Part shown: positions 48,416-58,355 of the stretch, piece by piece | Numbering within the stretch: the stretch's first letter is position 1 | How the letters are laid out: each line of letters begins with the position of its first letter | From: Clostridia bacterium | GTDB lineage: Bacteria; Bacillota; Clostridia; Oscillospirales; CAG-272 | DNA length: 64,000 nucleotides | Assembly: GCA_017446155.1 (NCBI GenBank) | Contig: JAFSRI010000053.1 | Coordinates: forward strand, 170,830 to 234,829 | Reading direction: 5' to 3' | Made by a program: the position numbers and the translations under genes | The notes under the pieces: generated by a model | Seen by the model: only the letters and a program-made list of their open reading frames with translations | Told to the model about the DNA's origin: nothing | Databases searched by the model: none

Positions 48416-49047
48416 ACAAATAATTCTTCTTCAAGCGCCGCGCAAAGGCAATGATATATCGGAAGGTGCAATTCCTGAATCTTAAACGTTTCTTCCTCCG
48501 GCGCTTTAATTGTTACGTCACAAATTGACGAAAGACGGCTGTCTTTTGCGCCGGTAAGTGCTATTGTCTTTATTCCCAGCGCTTTTGCGGTTTCGGCGGC
48601 GCATACAACATTTTTTGAGTTTCCCGACGTTGAGATAGCAAGAAGCGCGTCGCCTCCTCTTGCATATGCGAAAACGAGCTGTGCATACATAAGCTGTGCT
48701 TCGACGTCGTTTGCAAACGCGGTAAGAGGGGCGCTTTGTGACGGGAGAGAAATGACCGGCACGCCGCGTTGAAGGGCGGCTACATATTTTTCGGCGTCTT
48801 TGCCGAGCGCGTTTTCAAAAAGCGCTTTTTCATCGTTTGTCATAGGGCGTTTTGAAAGAAAGCCTTTGAGCAGTTCTCCCGCGATATGGTCGCTGTCGGC
48901 TGAGGAGCCGCCGTTGCCGCAAACGAGAATTTTTGCACCGTTGTAATATGTGCTTTTCAAAATTTCAAGCGCTGACAAAATATCCGGTTTGCATTTTTCA
49001 AGCGACGGATAGCGCGCGATAAGGTCTGAAATAAATCTGTTTTCCAT
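48412..49047 (-). CDS. SIS-domain protein, GmhA/DiaA-like (sedoheptulose-7-phosphate isomerase family)
   Basis: ILVCGNGGSSADSDHIAGEL and LLAISTSGNSKNV motifs in a 211 aa single SIS domain. Confidence 0.75.
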   Translation of the reverse strand: MENRFISDLIARYPSLEKCKPDILSALEILKSTYYNGAKILVCGNGGSSADSDHIAGELLKGFLSKRPMTNDEKALFENALGKDAEKYVAALQRGVPVISLPSQSAPLTAFANDVEAQLMYAQLVFAYARGGDALLAISTSGNSKNVVCAAETAKALGIKTIALTGAKDSRLSSICDVTIKAPEEETFKIQELHLPIYHCLCAALEEELFV

Positions 49048-49065
49048 AGCTTACCTCTTTGGAAT

Positions 49066-50460
49066 TTATATGTTTCTGAAATTTTTTACTCGGTGGAACG
49101 TCTGATAGTTGCTGTCATGGAAGTTATGCGGCTTGCCGTATGCCGTACGGCTGAGATATATGATGTCATCACCGTCGATGAGTGCCGATACATATTGAAA
49201 GCCGACGACGTTCGGGTCTGAATTTCGCTCGTCGATGAGATCTTGCACAAGTTTCCATTCCATCAGATCGTCCGAAACGAAAAGAGAAAGAAGATTGCGC
49301 ACCGTTCTCGGCTCACTCAGCGCACGGCTGCATATCGCATAATATTTGTGCGACACGTCGTCAAACAGTATATCAAACTTTGACGCAGTAATGTCGAAAT
49401 CGACAAAACAAGCATATTGCGGCATTCTCTCGGGCTCTTCCGGCGATAATTTCAGCAACAGGCATTTTCTGTTCGCATAGCGGAGAAAATCATACAGCGT
49501 GCCGTCGGGGGCGGTTACAATATTGCCCTCTATCCCGCCGACGGTGCCGGGCGGTATCTGCCCCTCTTTTGCTGTTTTTTCAAATTCGCTGTGCCGCCAA
49601 AAATCCGTCATCACCCACACCGTCGGATCGGTATAATCGGGGCAATCATCCGGGGCTGAGAGCACCGCGTTGTTCATTTCCTTCTTCGCCCACGCGCCGA
49701 ACTCAACGTCCGTCCATATTCTTCCGTGCGAGGAGTGTATCTTCATTGGCGCCCTGTGGAGTCCGCGCTCGCGGCTGTTTGCGGCGCCGCGGAAGAGCAC
49801 GGTCGGCATTGACCAGCTCTTGCCTTCATCGTCGGAGGCGCCTATTAAAATATCGCCGTATTCGTTTGAAACGCCGAGCATATACAGCCTGCCGTTCCGA
49901 TAAAACATCTGCCCCCAAAAACACGGGAACAGCTCTGTTAGATACCGCCAGCTTTCGCCGTTGTCGTCGGAGAAAAATATAAGCGTAAGGTTTTGCCCGC
50001 CGTTTGCGCGGAATACGTCCATCGAAGATAACAGTCTGCCGGACGGCAACCGGCATAGACACGGAGAGCAGAGATAACTGCCTGAAAAATCATATGTTTT
50101 ATCGTCCGGGTGAAGATAATTTACAACCTCGCCGTAAACGAACCCCGTGCGGACAAGTCGTGTTTCGCTTTTCGCTTTGTCAGAGATTCGTACTACATAA
50201 AATTCATAGTCCGTTTGCGGTATCAGCCCGTAAATTCTAACTGTTTTCTCTTGACCTGAATAAATTTCTTTTTCGGTTTTTTCGCCGCGAAGAGAAAGAA
50301 AAACGGAATAAGTATCGGTGCTTTTGCCGCCGTTGTCGATAAAATCGAACTCAAAGCCCGTCTCGAACGGCACAAGACGGCAAACATACGGCGCTGACGC
50401 GCGCTCCGGGCGGTCGAGAGGAGTGTATGGGGTAAAACTCCACGATGAAACGGTTTTCAT
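49066..50460 (-). CDS. BNR/Asp-box beta-propeller protein, sialidase-like glycoside hydrolase with N-terminal FN3-like domain
   Basis: Asp-boxes SDDNGESW and SDDEGKSW, and an RIP-like motif CRLPSG. No signal peptide. Confidence 0.55.
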   Translation of the reverse strand: MKTVSSWSFTPYTPLDRPERASAPYVCRLVPFETGFEFDFIDNGGKSTDTYSVFLSLRGEKTEKEIYSGQEKTVRIYGLIPQTDYEFYVVRISDKAKSETRLVRTGFVYGEVVNYLHPDDKTYDFSGSYLCSPCLCRLPSGRLLSSMDVFRANGGQNLTLIFFSDDNGESWRYLTELFPCFWGQMFYRNGRLYMLGVSNEYGDILIGASDDEGKSWSMPTVLFRGAANSRERGLHRAPMKIHSSHGRIWTDVEFGAWAKKEMNNAVLSAPDDCPDYTDPTVWVMTDFWRHSEFEKTAKEGQIPPGTVGGIEGNIVTAPDGTLYDFLRYANRKCLLLKLSPEEPERMPQYACFVDFDITASKFDILFDDVSHKYYAICSRALSEPRTVRNLLSLFVSDDLMEWKLVQDLIDERNSDPNVVGFQYVSALIDGDDIIYLSRTAYGKPHNFHDSNYQTFHRVKNFRNI

Positions 50461-50573
50461 TTTTGTATGTTCCTTTCCGTTGCAGAAGGATTTTTTTCTT
50501 ATAATCTCGAAAAAAATGCGAAGTTTTTAAAATAAAGCGCGGTAAATTAGGTTTTATCGCGCTTTTTTCGGTT

Positions 50574-52283
50574 TTATTCTATGGTTTGAAGTTTCTTTTC
50601 CGCTTCAATAAAATATCTTTCGTCGCCGACGCCGCGCTTGCAAAGAATATCCCAGATAGCATAGATGCAGGCGTTCCATCCTTGATTGGCTTTTACTCCG
50701 TTTCCTTTGAGAGTGTGCATATATTCGTGCGTTGCGCCGTCGAAGTCGAGGTCGATCATAAGGCGATGTATCATGTTGTCAAGCGCACCTTTCGCCCCGT
50801 GAACGTAAGCGGCTATATGGAAAATCATCTCATAAATATGGTACGAGCCGCCGTTGGCGTATCTGCCAAGATCCATTCTTGCCATTTCGGGGTGAACTTT
50901 TCCGTAAGCTCCGAACGCTTCCATGGGAAGATACGATCCGTCGGGCGCCGAAACTATTTTAACGCCGTATGGCGTGCTTGCGGCGCTGTTCATTATGTGA
51001 TAATACGTGTTGTTTACGATCTCGTCCGAGAGGAATTTCTCGTTGAAGAGAACGTAGTGGAGCAGATCACCGAGGGAATAGTCAAGCGCGTGATACGGCT
51101 TTTTAAGACTCATTTGGACAAATTCACCGTTGTACAGGATGGGGTAGAACGCCTTTGCTTTTTCATACCATTCGCCCACGTCGTAGCCCATCTCTTTTGC
51201 CGCACGCAAGGCACACACGCAAAGCCCCTGAGAATACGCGTCAGCGTCGTCGTCCTCATAGCAACATATATCAAACCAGTTGCGATATGCGTGATTTTCG
51301 TCACTGTCGGGGCAATATCTGCCGTCGCCCACTTTGTTAAGGCATTCGATTATTTTGTTGAACGCTATATCGCAAAGCTCTTTGTTGATTTTACCGCCTT
51401 TTGAGAATACTCTGTAAGACCATATCACAAAGAACAGCGGGTTTTCCGCCTGCACCACTCCTCGTGCCGTGTGGGCGCGATAGCTTTGCTCTTCGATTTC
51501 GGGGGAAAGTATCCACGTCTGCCAAAATGCGTCGCGGTTATACTGTGTGTTTGCATATTGAATGCCGGCGACGACCCATTTATCGCTTGTGCCCGTTTCG
51601 TTTTTGCGTATGTGCATGTAGTTTGCGCCGAAGCACATCGCGCGATATATGGACTTTCGCCCCTCGCCCCAAACGTTTTCTATCGCCAGAAATGCGTCGC
51701 GGCGAAGAGTTTTCAGCGTCTTTGCCTCGCTCTTCACCCAAATGAACTTGAACGTGCGGACGTCGCCGGACAAATCGTGATAATACGGCGTGTTCGGCGG
51801 TGTATACTGATTTTCGCGGTCTTTTTTAAAGTTCGGTGAGCCGCCCGGGTCGCCCGACGCGAGATAAAACTCGTGCCTTTCGGGAATTATATGCTGGGTG
51901 GTATAGTTATTGTAATCGGACGGGTTGTCGGAGATGAAAATATCGATCGTATCTGCCGTGACAGCCGCAACCATCGGAACGGGTGAACCGTCGATTGCGA
52001 ACACATATTTTGTCGGATCGTGCGCGCTTTGACGGAAAACGTGCTCTTCTTCGCACTTGTCGTTGAACGAATAAAGCTCGCCCTCGCCCTCTCCGTGAAG
52101 TGAAAAATAGCAGCTTCCAATGCCTTCCGCCGAAACGTCGAACACCTTGACGCCGCGTTTTTCGCTTACTTTTAGCGTTATCGTTATTTTATCTGCCGTA
52201 AAAACGGCGTCTTTGGTGCTTTCGTTAATCGGACAGAGCGTTGTGTTTTTCTCTTCGGTATGCAAAACGAGCGAATAATTCAT
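50574..52283 (-). CDS. Hypothetical protein, possibly an (alpha/alpha)6-barrel glycoside-hydrolase-like enzyme
   Basis: 569 aa with no signal peptide. The C-terminal half is rich in W/Y/D segments (NQGWNACIYAIW) that recall GDE_C/GH63-like barrels. This assignment is weak. Confidence 0.3.
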   Translation of the reverse strand: MNYSLVLHTEEKNTTLCPINESTKDAVFTADKITITLKVSEKRGVKVFDVSAEGIGSCYFSLHGEGEGELYSFNDKCEEEHVFRQSAHDPTKYVFAIDGSPVPMVAAVTADTIDIFISDNPSDYNNYTTQHIIPERHEFYLASGDPGGSPNFKKDRENQYTPPNTPYYHDLSGDVRTFKFIWVKSEAKTLKTLRRDAFLAIENVWGEGRKSIYRAMCFGANYMHIRKNETGTSDKWVVAGIQYANTQYNRDAFWQTWILSPEIEEQSYRAHTARGVVQAENPLFFVIWSYRVFSKGGKINKELCDIAFNKIIECLNKVGDGRYCPDSDENHAYRNWFDICCYEDDDADAYSQGLCVCALRAAKEMGYDVGEWYEKAKAFYPILYNGEFVQMSLKKPYHALDYSLGDLLHYVLFNEKFLSDEIVNNTYYHIMNSAASTPYGVKIVSAPDGSYLPMEAFGAYGKVHPEMARMDLGRYANGGSYHIYEMIFHIAAYVHGAKGALDNMIHRLMIDLDFDGATHEYMHTLKGNGVKANQGWNACIYAIWDILCKRGVGDERYFIEAEKKLQTIE

Positions 52284-52601
52284 AAGTTGCCTCCACAGGT
52301 ATTTTCCGTTGCATAATTCTCTTGCGGCCGGATGATTTTACAAAAATTATTTTATCACATAACGTTATGATTTTCAACAGTTTGCCGAAAAGTTTAACTG
52401 TTGAAATCGATATTTAATATTTGCAAGCGCCATTTTAAAAACGATGTGGTTCATTGAGAATCCCACATTTCTTTTAAGTCTGAATAATTGATTGAATTTA
52501 GACATAACCGCGAAAATATTCGTAAAATAAAATCCGCAACGTGACAATAATCCGGGAAGTCGGATAACGTCCGGAGTATTTGCCATATTGCGGTATCTGT
52601 T

Positions 52602-53267
52602 TTATATTCTCGGTATATATCTTAAAATTTTGGCATAATATCCGCTTTGCGAAAGAACTTTGTCAGCGGGGCTGTCGCGTTCAACGAACACTTCGCTCAA
52701 TTCCGGGCAGTTTTCAAACGAATTTCGATAAACGGTTTTCAGATTTATCGGAAGTTTTACGCTTCGCAGATTATTGCATCCGCAGAACGCTTGCTCGCCG
52801 ATTTCTTCAATCGAGTCGGGAAGGGCGATGTCGCGCAGTCCCACACATCCGAAAAATGCCCTGTCGCCTATTCTTTCAAGTCCATCGGGCAAGTCCGCGC
52901 CGAAAAGATGCTCACATTCAAAAAACGCGTTGCGTTCTATTTCTTTTACCGACCCGCCAAGATGTATCTGCGTAAGGCTCTCGCACCCGGAAAAAGCGTT
53001 TGCGCCTATGATCTCAACACCGTTCCTCACCCATACCTCATATAAGAATCCACAGCCCGTAAACGCGCGAGCATCGACGGCTTTTACCGGCAGACCGAGT
53101 ATCTGCGACGGTATCTCGCAACGCGGAGTAAGACTTTGCTTGTAGCCTATGATTATGACTGAGTTTTCACGTTTAATAAATTCAAACGGAACGTTCCTCG
53201 CCTCAAATTTTTCTTTAATCGCCTTAAACAGCGCCTTCGCCATTCCTTTTTCACCCATGTCGACCAC
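52602..53267 (-). CDS. Leucine-rich repeat protein (BspA-type LRR)
   Basis: Repeated units IG(x)xAF(x)GC(x)xL. No signal peptide. Confidence 0.75.
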   Translation of the reverse strand: MVDMGEKGMAKALFKAIKEKFEARNVPFEFIKRENSVIIIGYKQSLTPRCEIPSQILGLPVKAVDARAFTGCGFLYEVWVRNGVEIIGANAFSGCESLTQIHLGGSVKEIERNAFFECEHLFGADLPDGLERIGDRAFFGCVGLRDIALPDSIEEIGEQAFCGCNNLRSVKLPINLKTVYRNSFENCPELSEVFVERDSPADKVLSQSGYYAKILRYIPRI

Positions 53268-53345
53268 CTCTTTTTCAGTTTACCAAAATGCGCGCGCCGT
53301 GTCAATTATTCTGATGTTAATATTTTAAAAATAGCGCTTGCAAAT

Positions 53346-53390
53346 GAAAAAATGACAAAAGCCTTTGGCAGATCGGCTGTCAAAGGCTTT
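53346..53390 (-). terminator. Rho-independent terminator of the ABC exporter gene
   Basis: aaagcctttg / caaaggcttt hairpin, with a U-rich tail on the minus strand. Confidence 0.75.
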
Positions 53391-53397
53391 CTACACC

Positions 53398-55128
53398 TTA
53401 CATCGCGGCGTTTGCCCTGAATTGCAGTTTATACAAATCTGCGTATACGCCGTCTTTTTCCATCAGTTCTTCATGCGTGCCTTGCTCGACTATCTTACCT
53501 CCGTCAACGACGGCTATCTCGTCGGCGTTCTTTATTGTCGAGAGTCTATGTGCCACAACGAGCGTCGTTCTGCCGCGGCAGAGCTCGTCCAGCGCTTGCC
53601 GAATGAGGATTTCCGTCGTATTGTCAAGTGCGCTTGTTGCTTCATCAAGGATGAGTATCGGCGGGTTTTTAAGGAAAACCCGCGCAATCGATAAACGCTG
53701 CTTTTGTCCGCCCGAAAGACGAACACCGCGCTCACCGATTTGAGTATCGTACCCGTCGGGAAGCGTCATTATGTAGTCGTGGATGTTGGCGCGTTTTGCC
53801 GCGGCGATTATCTCGTCGTCTGTAGCGTCAAGCTTGCCGTAAAGGATGTTATCGCGAATGCTGGCGTTGAACAGGTAAATATCTTGTTGAACGATGCCGA
53901 TGTTGCGGCGAATAGACGACGCGGTAAGTGTGGTTATGTCTTTGCCGTCGATGAGTATTTGCCCGGATGAAATGTTGTAAAAGTGAGGAATAAGGTGGCA
54001 TATCGTCGTTTTGCCGCCGCCCGACGGGCCGACAAGCGCAAACGTTTCGCCTTTGCGTATATCAAGGCTGACGCCGCGGAGAACTTCTTTTTCGTTGTCA
54101 TAGGAGCAGACAACGTCTTTAAGCTCAATATGTCCGTCGGCTTTCCCGAGCTCTTCCGCGCCCTCGGCGTCTTTTTCGGGTTCAGCGTCCATTATCTCAA
54201 TAAATCTTTCAAAACCCGTTACGCCGTTTTGAAATTGCTCGGTGAAGTTGATAATCGTCATGACGGGGGAGATGAACAGCCCTATCGACACGACGAACGC
54301 GGAATAATCGGCAAATTCAAAATTCATATTCGAGCTGTAAAGGAACAGTCCGCCCGCAATAAGCACGACGACGTTGAAAATGTCGGTTACAAACGTGTTT
54401 CCCGCGTGAAATTTGCCCATGGCGTTATATGAATCCCTTCGCGCGGCGACGAAATCCTCGTTGCCTTCCTCGAATTTTTCCTTTTCTTTCTCGGCGTTGT
54501 CAAACGCTTTTGTCACTCTTATGCCTGAAATACTCCCTTCAAGCGAGGCGTTTATCGTTGCAATCGATTCGCGGCTGCGTTTAAACGCGGCGCGCATTTG
54601 TTTTCTGAGTTTTGATGAAATTATAAGCAGCAACGGCACGCACGTGAAAACGATGAGCGTAAGCCAAATGTTTATGGTTGAAAGATAAATAAACGAAACG
54701 AGTATGGTTATAGTTGAGATTATAAGGTTTTCCGGGCCGTGGTGTGCAAGCTCGCTTATGTCCATAAGGTCGTTTGTCATTCTCGACATTATCTTGCCCG
54801 TTTCGTGATTGTCATAGAAACTGTACGGCAGTTTTTCAAGATGATTGAACATATCCGATCGCATTTGAGCCTGCATTCTTACGCCCATCATATGTCCGTA
54901 ATACTGAATGAAGTAGTTTAGCAGCATTTTAACAAAATAAAGCGCAAGCAGAACTATGCCGAAGATGATGATGAGATTATACTTTTTGTTCGGTATAAAG
55001 TTGTTGAGCATCGTTCTTGTCACTATCGGATAAACGACTCCGATGAGTGACACGAGAAGTGAGGCAAGCATATCTAAAATGAATAGTTTTTTATGCGGCT
55101 TGTAGTAACTGATAAATCGTTTTAACAT
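53398..55128 (-). CDS. ABC transporter, fused permease/ATP-binding (type I exporter)
   Basis: Six-TM N-terminal domain, Walker A GPSGGGKTT, signature LSGGQKQR, and Walker B ILILDEATSALD. The start at 55128 follows AAGGAG. Confidence 0.9.
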   Translation of the reverse strand: MLKRFISYYKPHKKLFILDMLASLLVSLIGVVYPIVTRTMLNNFIPNKKYNLIIIFGIVLLALYFVKMLLNYFIQYYGHMMGVRMQAQMRSDMFNHLEKLPYSFYDNHETGKIMSRMTNDLMDISELAHHGPENLIISTITILVSFIYLSTINIWLTLIVFTCVPLLLIISSKLRKQMRAAFKRSRESIATINASLEGSISGIRVTKAFDNAEKEKEKFEEGNEDFVAARRDSYNAMGKFHAGNTFVTDIFNVVVLIAGGLFLYSSNMNFEFADYSAFVVSIGLFISPVMTIINFTEQFQNGVTGFERFIEIMDAEPEKDAEGAEELGKADGHIELKDVVCSYDNEKEVLRGVSLDIRKGETFALVGPSGGGKTTICHLIPHFYNISSGQILIDGKDITTLTASSIRRNIGIVQQDIYLFNASIRDNILYGKLDATDDEIIAAAKRANIHDYIMTLPDGYDTQIGERGVRLSGGQKQRLSIARVFLKNPPILILDEATSALDNTTEILIRQALDELCRGRTTLVVAHRLSTIKNADEIAVVDGGKIVEQGTHEELMEKDGVYADLYKLQFRANAAM

Positions 55129-55217
55129 GTTTTTCTCCTTAAACTTCTTTTTTCGGAGTGTCATTTTCTTATATTTACAAAAATGAATTTTATCACAAAT
55201 TTTATTTTGTGTCAATG

Positions 55218-55246
55218 TTGACTTTGCGGTCTTTATATGATATTAT
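55218..55246 (+). promoter_or_regulatory. Candidate promoter of the GH27 gene
   Basis: TTGACT, 17 nt spacer, TATTAT. Confidence 0.6.
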
Positions 55247-55369
55247 ACAATAAATAATATTAAGACGTCGGCAATGATTTTGTTATCATATGCGCGTTGA
55301 TGGCGCACATATTTGCAAAACGGGTTTGTCGCGCCGGAAAATAAAAACACTTTTAAGGAGAAAACAAAA

Positions 55370-56503
55370 ATGCTTGCAAAAACACCGCCGATGGGCTGGA
55401 ACTCATGGAACACATTCGGAGAAAACATAAGTGAGGATCTGATAAAAGAGATCGCCGACACAATGGTTGATAAAGGTCTGCTCGCCGCCGGATATGAATA
55501 TCTTGTGATCGATGACTGTTGGAGTGAAAAGGAACGCGACGAGAACGGAATGCTTGTTGCAGACCACAATAAATTTCCGCACGGAATGAAAGCCGTTGCA
55601 GATTATGTCCATTCCAAAGGGCTTAAATTCGGTATGTATTCATGCTGCGGTGTAAAAACCTGCGCGGGATACCCCGGTAGCATGAACCACGAATTCGACG
55701 ACGCAAGATATTTTGCCGAGGTCGGCGTGGATTTCCTCAAATACGACAACTGCTATCATCCCGTTCAGTCGGGCGTCGTTTCATATAACACGATGTCAAT
55801 GGCTCTCAAAGCCAGCGGCCGCGAGATACTTTTTTCTATGTGCAACTGGGGCAAGGAAGAAGTTTGGAAATGGGCGCGCTCAGTAGGCGGCCATATGTAC
55901 CGCTCCACCGGCGATATATTCGACGATTTCGCACATGTAAGAAGTCTTTCCGAAAGCCAGAAAGCAAACCTTTGCTGCTCGGCGCCGGGGTGCTTCAACG
56001 ACATAGATATGCTTATTTGCGGAATGAACGGGAAAGGCAACGTGGGACTTGAACACGGCTGCACCCCCGAACAGTATAAATATCATTTCGCACTTTGGAG
56101 CATGTTCGCGTCACCTCTTATGATCGGATGCGACGTAAGAACCGTTGATGACGAAACGCTTGCGCTTCTCAAAAATGCGGCGCTTATAAGAATAAACCAG
56201 GATGAGGAAGCCCGCCCGCCGATGTTCTGCCACGAGGTTCACGGTTCAAAAGAAGCATTTATCTGCTTTAAGCATCTTTCAAATAACGAATATGCGCTCG
56301 GTTTCTTCAATCCAATGGAAAAAGCGACAAATCTTATGATCTCATTCACCGAACTCGGCTTAAATCACCTTTCGGGCTTTGCTTTTGAGCTTACCGATTG
56401 CTTTACGGGCGAGAACGCCGGCAGAGAAAACGAGTTTATCGACTTGAAAGTCGGTGCCGGTGACTGCAAGGTTTACATTGCAAAACTTGTAAAAGTTAAA
56501 TAA
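55370..56503 (+). CDS. Alpha-galactosidase (GH27)
   Basis: PPMGWNSWN, LVIDDCW and FLKYDNCY motifs. The start at 55370 follows AAGGAG. Confidence 0.9.
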   Translation: MLAKTPPMGWNSWNTFGENISEDLIKEIADTMVDKGLLAAGYEYLVIDDCWSEKERDENGMLVADHNKFPHGMKAVADYVHSKGLKFGMYSCCGVKTCAGYPGSMNHEFDDARYFAEVGVDFLKYDNCYHPVQSGVVSYNTMSMALKASGREILFSMCNWGKEEVWKWARSVGGHMYRSTGDIFDDFAHVRSLSESQKANLCCSAPGCFNDIDMLICGMNGKGNVGLEHGCTPEQYKYHFALWSMFASPLMIGCDVRTVDDETLALLKNAALIRINQDEEARPPMFCHEVHGSKEAFICFKHLSNNEYALGFFNPMEKATNLMISFTELGLNHLSGFAFELTDCFTGENAGRENEFIDLKVGAGDCKVYIAKLVKVK

Positions 56504-56700
56504 TGACGCCCTGCAAAAACTGCCGAAAACCGCTTTCGCGCGACGAAATAGCGCTTTATAAGCGTTTGATTTATCGCGGCGCGGAAGACGACGAATGCAT
56601 ATGTATAAAATGCCTCGCTGACAAGCTCAACGTCAGCGAGGCGGCTCTTTTTGATAAAATTGACCATTTTAAAAAAGCGGGTTGCACGCTGTTTGAATAA
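56503..56700 (+). CDS. Small CxxC...CxxC zinc-ribbon protein with HTH-like C-terminus
   Basis: 65 aa: MTPCKNCRKPL...CICIKCLADKLNVSEAALFDKIDHFKKAGCTLFE. Its ATG overlaps the GH27 stop (TAATG). Confidence 0.5.
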   Translation: MTPCKNCRKPLSRDEIALYKRLIYRGAEDDECICIKCLADKLNVSEAALFDKIDHFKKAGCTLFE

Positions 56701-56962
56701 TACGACTGCGTCTATTATTTCGGCTTGCACTTTGTTTTGCGGGCTGTCATATTGCCGCTTGCGGTGAACCGGTTTAATTCGGGAATACTGGTGAAGCGAA
56801 AGAACGACGGTTTGTCGGGATAAAATTTCAGGCGGATCTTTTTGACGTCGAGAAAGATTTGATTAAAGACTTCATGCCGCGATTTTGGCGATTACCGTTT
56901 GCCTTTGATTCGGTCGGTATAAAAAAATAAAGATATTTCTCTGATATTTTCGGAAGTGAAAA

Positions 56963-57889
56963 ATGTTTAAAAATTATAAACCGTTATTTTCGCTTATCGG
57001 CGGAATGTTGCTTTTCGGGCCGATATGCATAGTGAGGGAATATATACCAGACGTGCCGTCGGGCGTGTTTTCGTGTTTGAGGGGGATTATTGCCGCGTTG
57101 TTTTTGGCGGCGATAATTCTAATTAAAAAGAACAAAAACACGTGGAACGTCATAAAACCTAAGCTGTGGCTTATGATGCTTTCGGGGGCGATGATAGGGT
57201 TCAACTGGATATTGCTTTTCGATTCATGCAAATATGTGCCTGTGGCGACGGCGACTCTTTGCTATTATATGGCGACGCCGATAGTCATTTTGCTTTCGCC
57301 GTTTCTGTTTAAAGAACGCATAACGGCAAAAAAACTTGTCTGCTCGATTTGCGCCGTGGCGGGAATAGTGCTCGTGTCGAAAGTGTTTGACGGAACGAAC
57401 GGCGACGGATATGATTATCCGCGCGGGATAATTCTCGGTCTTTGCGCGGCTGTGCTGTACGCGGGTGTTATTATTTCAAACAAGTATTTGGGCGAGATGC
57501 CCGCATATGAAAAGACGATGATACAGCTTGGTACGGCGGGAATTGTCGTCTTGCCGTATTCGCTTATAGCCGAGCATGGTGGATTTACAACGGTAAATAT
57601 TAGGGCCGCGGTGCTCATTTTGCTTGCGGGAATACTGTTTACGGGCGTGCCTTATGCGCTGTATTTCGGAAGCATGAAATATCTTTCGGCACAGACGGTG
57701 GCGATAGTTAGCTACATAGATCCCGTGACGGCGATTATCCTTTCGGCGCTGTTGCTCGGTCAGCGCATGGGCGTGCTTGAAATCGTAGGCGCGGTGTTGA
57801 TCATCGGCTCTGCCGTCGCGTGTGAAATAACGATAAAGAAAGCGAATAAAAAAGATGTCGGAAAAAGTGACTCAAAAACAGGCACATGA
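56963..57889 (+). CDS. EamA/DMT family transporter
   Basis: 308 aa with about 10 TM segments in a duplicated EamA-like arrangement. Confidence 0.75.
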   Translation: MFKNYKPLFSLIGGMLLFGPICIVREYIPDVPSGVFSCLRGIIAALFLAAIILIKKNKNTWNVIKPKLWLMMLSGAMIGFNWILLFDSCKYVPVATATLCYYMATPIVILLSPFLFKERITAKKLVCSICAVAGIVLVSKVFDGTNGDGYDYPRGIILGLCAAVLYAGVIISNKYLGEMPAYEKTMIQLGTAGIVVLPYSLIAEHGGFTTVNIRAAVLILLAGILFTGVPYALYFGSMKYLSAQTVAIVSYIDPVTAIILSALLLGQRMGVLEIVGAVLIIGSAVACEITIKKANKKDVGKSDSKTGT

Positions 57890-58178
57890 TATTTTCGTAA
57901 AGATAAAAGAAGCGGTGATGATAGACGTGCGCGAGGAAGAGGAATATATCACGGGGCATGCGATAGGGGCGAGGATGCTTCCGCTCGGCGATATTTCTTC
58001 TGAGACGGTAGAAAAAATAGTCCCGCGAAAAGACACGCCGATAATTCTTTATTGCCGTTCGGGCGCGAGAAGTGCTGTTGCGGCGCAAATGCTCGATGAA
58101 ATGGGCTATACGCGCGTTTTTGACGCGGGCGGGCTTCTCGGATGGCAATACGGGCTCGAACACGGATATGAAATATAA
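57855..58178 (+). CDS. Rhodanese-like domain protein
   Basis: 107 aa with the active-site loop YCRSGARS. Confidence 0.8.
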   Translation: MSEKVTQKQAHDIFVKIKEAVMIDVREEEEYITGHAIGARMLPLGDISSETVEKIVPRKDTPIILYCRSGARSAVAAQMLDEMGYTRVFDAGGLLGWQYGLEHGYEI

Positions 58179-58185
58179 AAAACAG

Positions 58186-58220
58186 CTCCGATGGCGGCAA
58201 CGTCATCGGAGTTTTGTTTT
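58186..58220 (+). terminator. Rho-independent terminator
   Basis: ctccgatg / catcggag hairpin followed by ttttgtttt. Confidence 0.75.
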
Positions 58221-58355
58221 GTAACTGTATTAAAACGAGTCGGCGAAGTAGTCGCCGACTCAAAACTCGCACATAAATCATACAAAAATTGTTAGCGGGT
58301 AAAAATTTGATTTGAAAAAGCAAACGTTCGCCCTCCGCCGACAAAAAGAACCGTT

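Noticed and set aside
4115-55313. N-terminally extended start codons offered by the ORF track. The track starts are 4115, 6340, 13148, 13786, 14263, 16390, 17327, 18707, 26912, 35457, 35972, 55215, 55313 and 62929.
   Set aside because: In each case an internal ATG has a GGAGG-like SD at 5-10 nt and matches the expected family N-terminus. The extensions also cover leaders, terminators or riboswitch sequence.
56701-56962. Possible gene remnant on the minus strand, an open frame reading ...HEVFNQIFLDVKKIRLKFYPDKPSFFRFTSIPELNRF....
   Set aside because: There is no start codon, it is short, and I cannot assign a family from memory. It would need a BLASTX search before being called a pseudogene.
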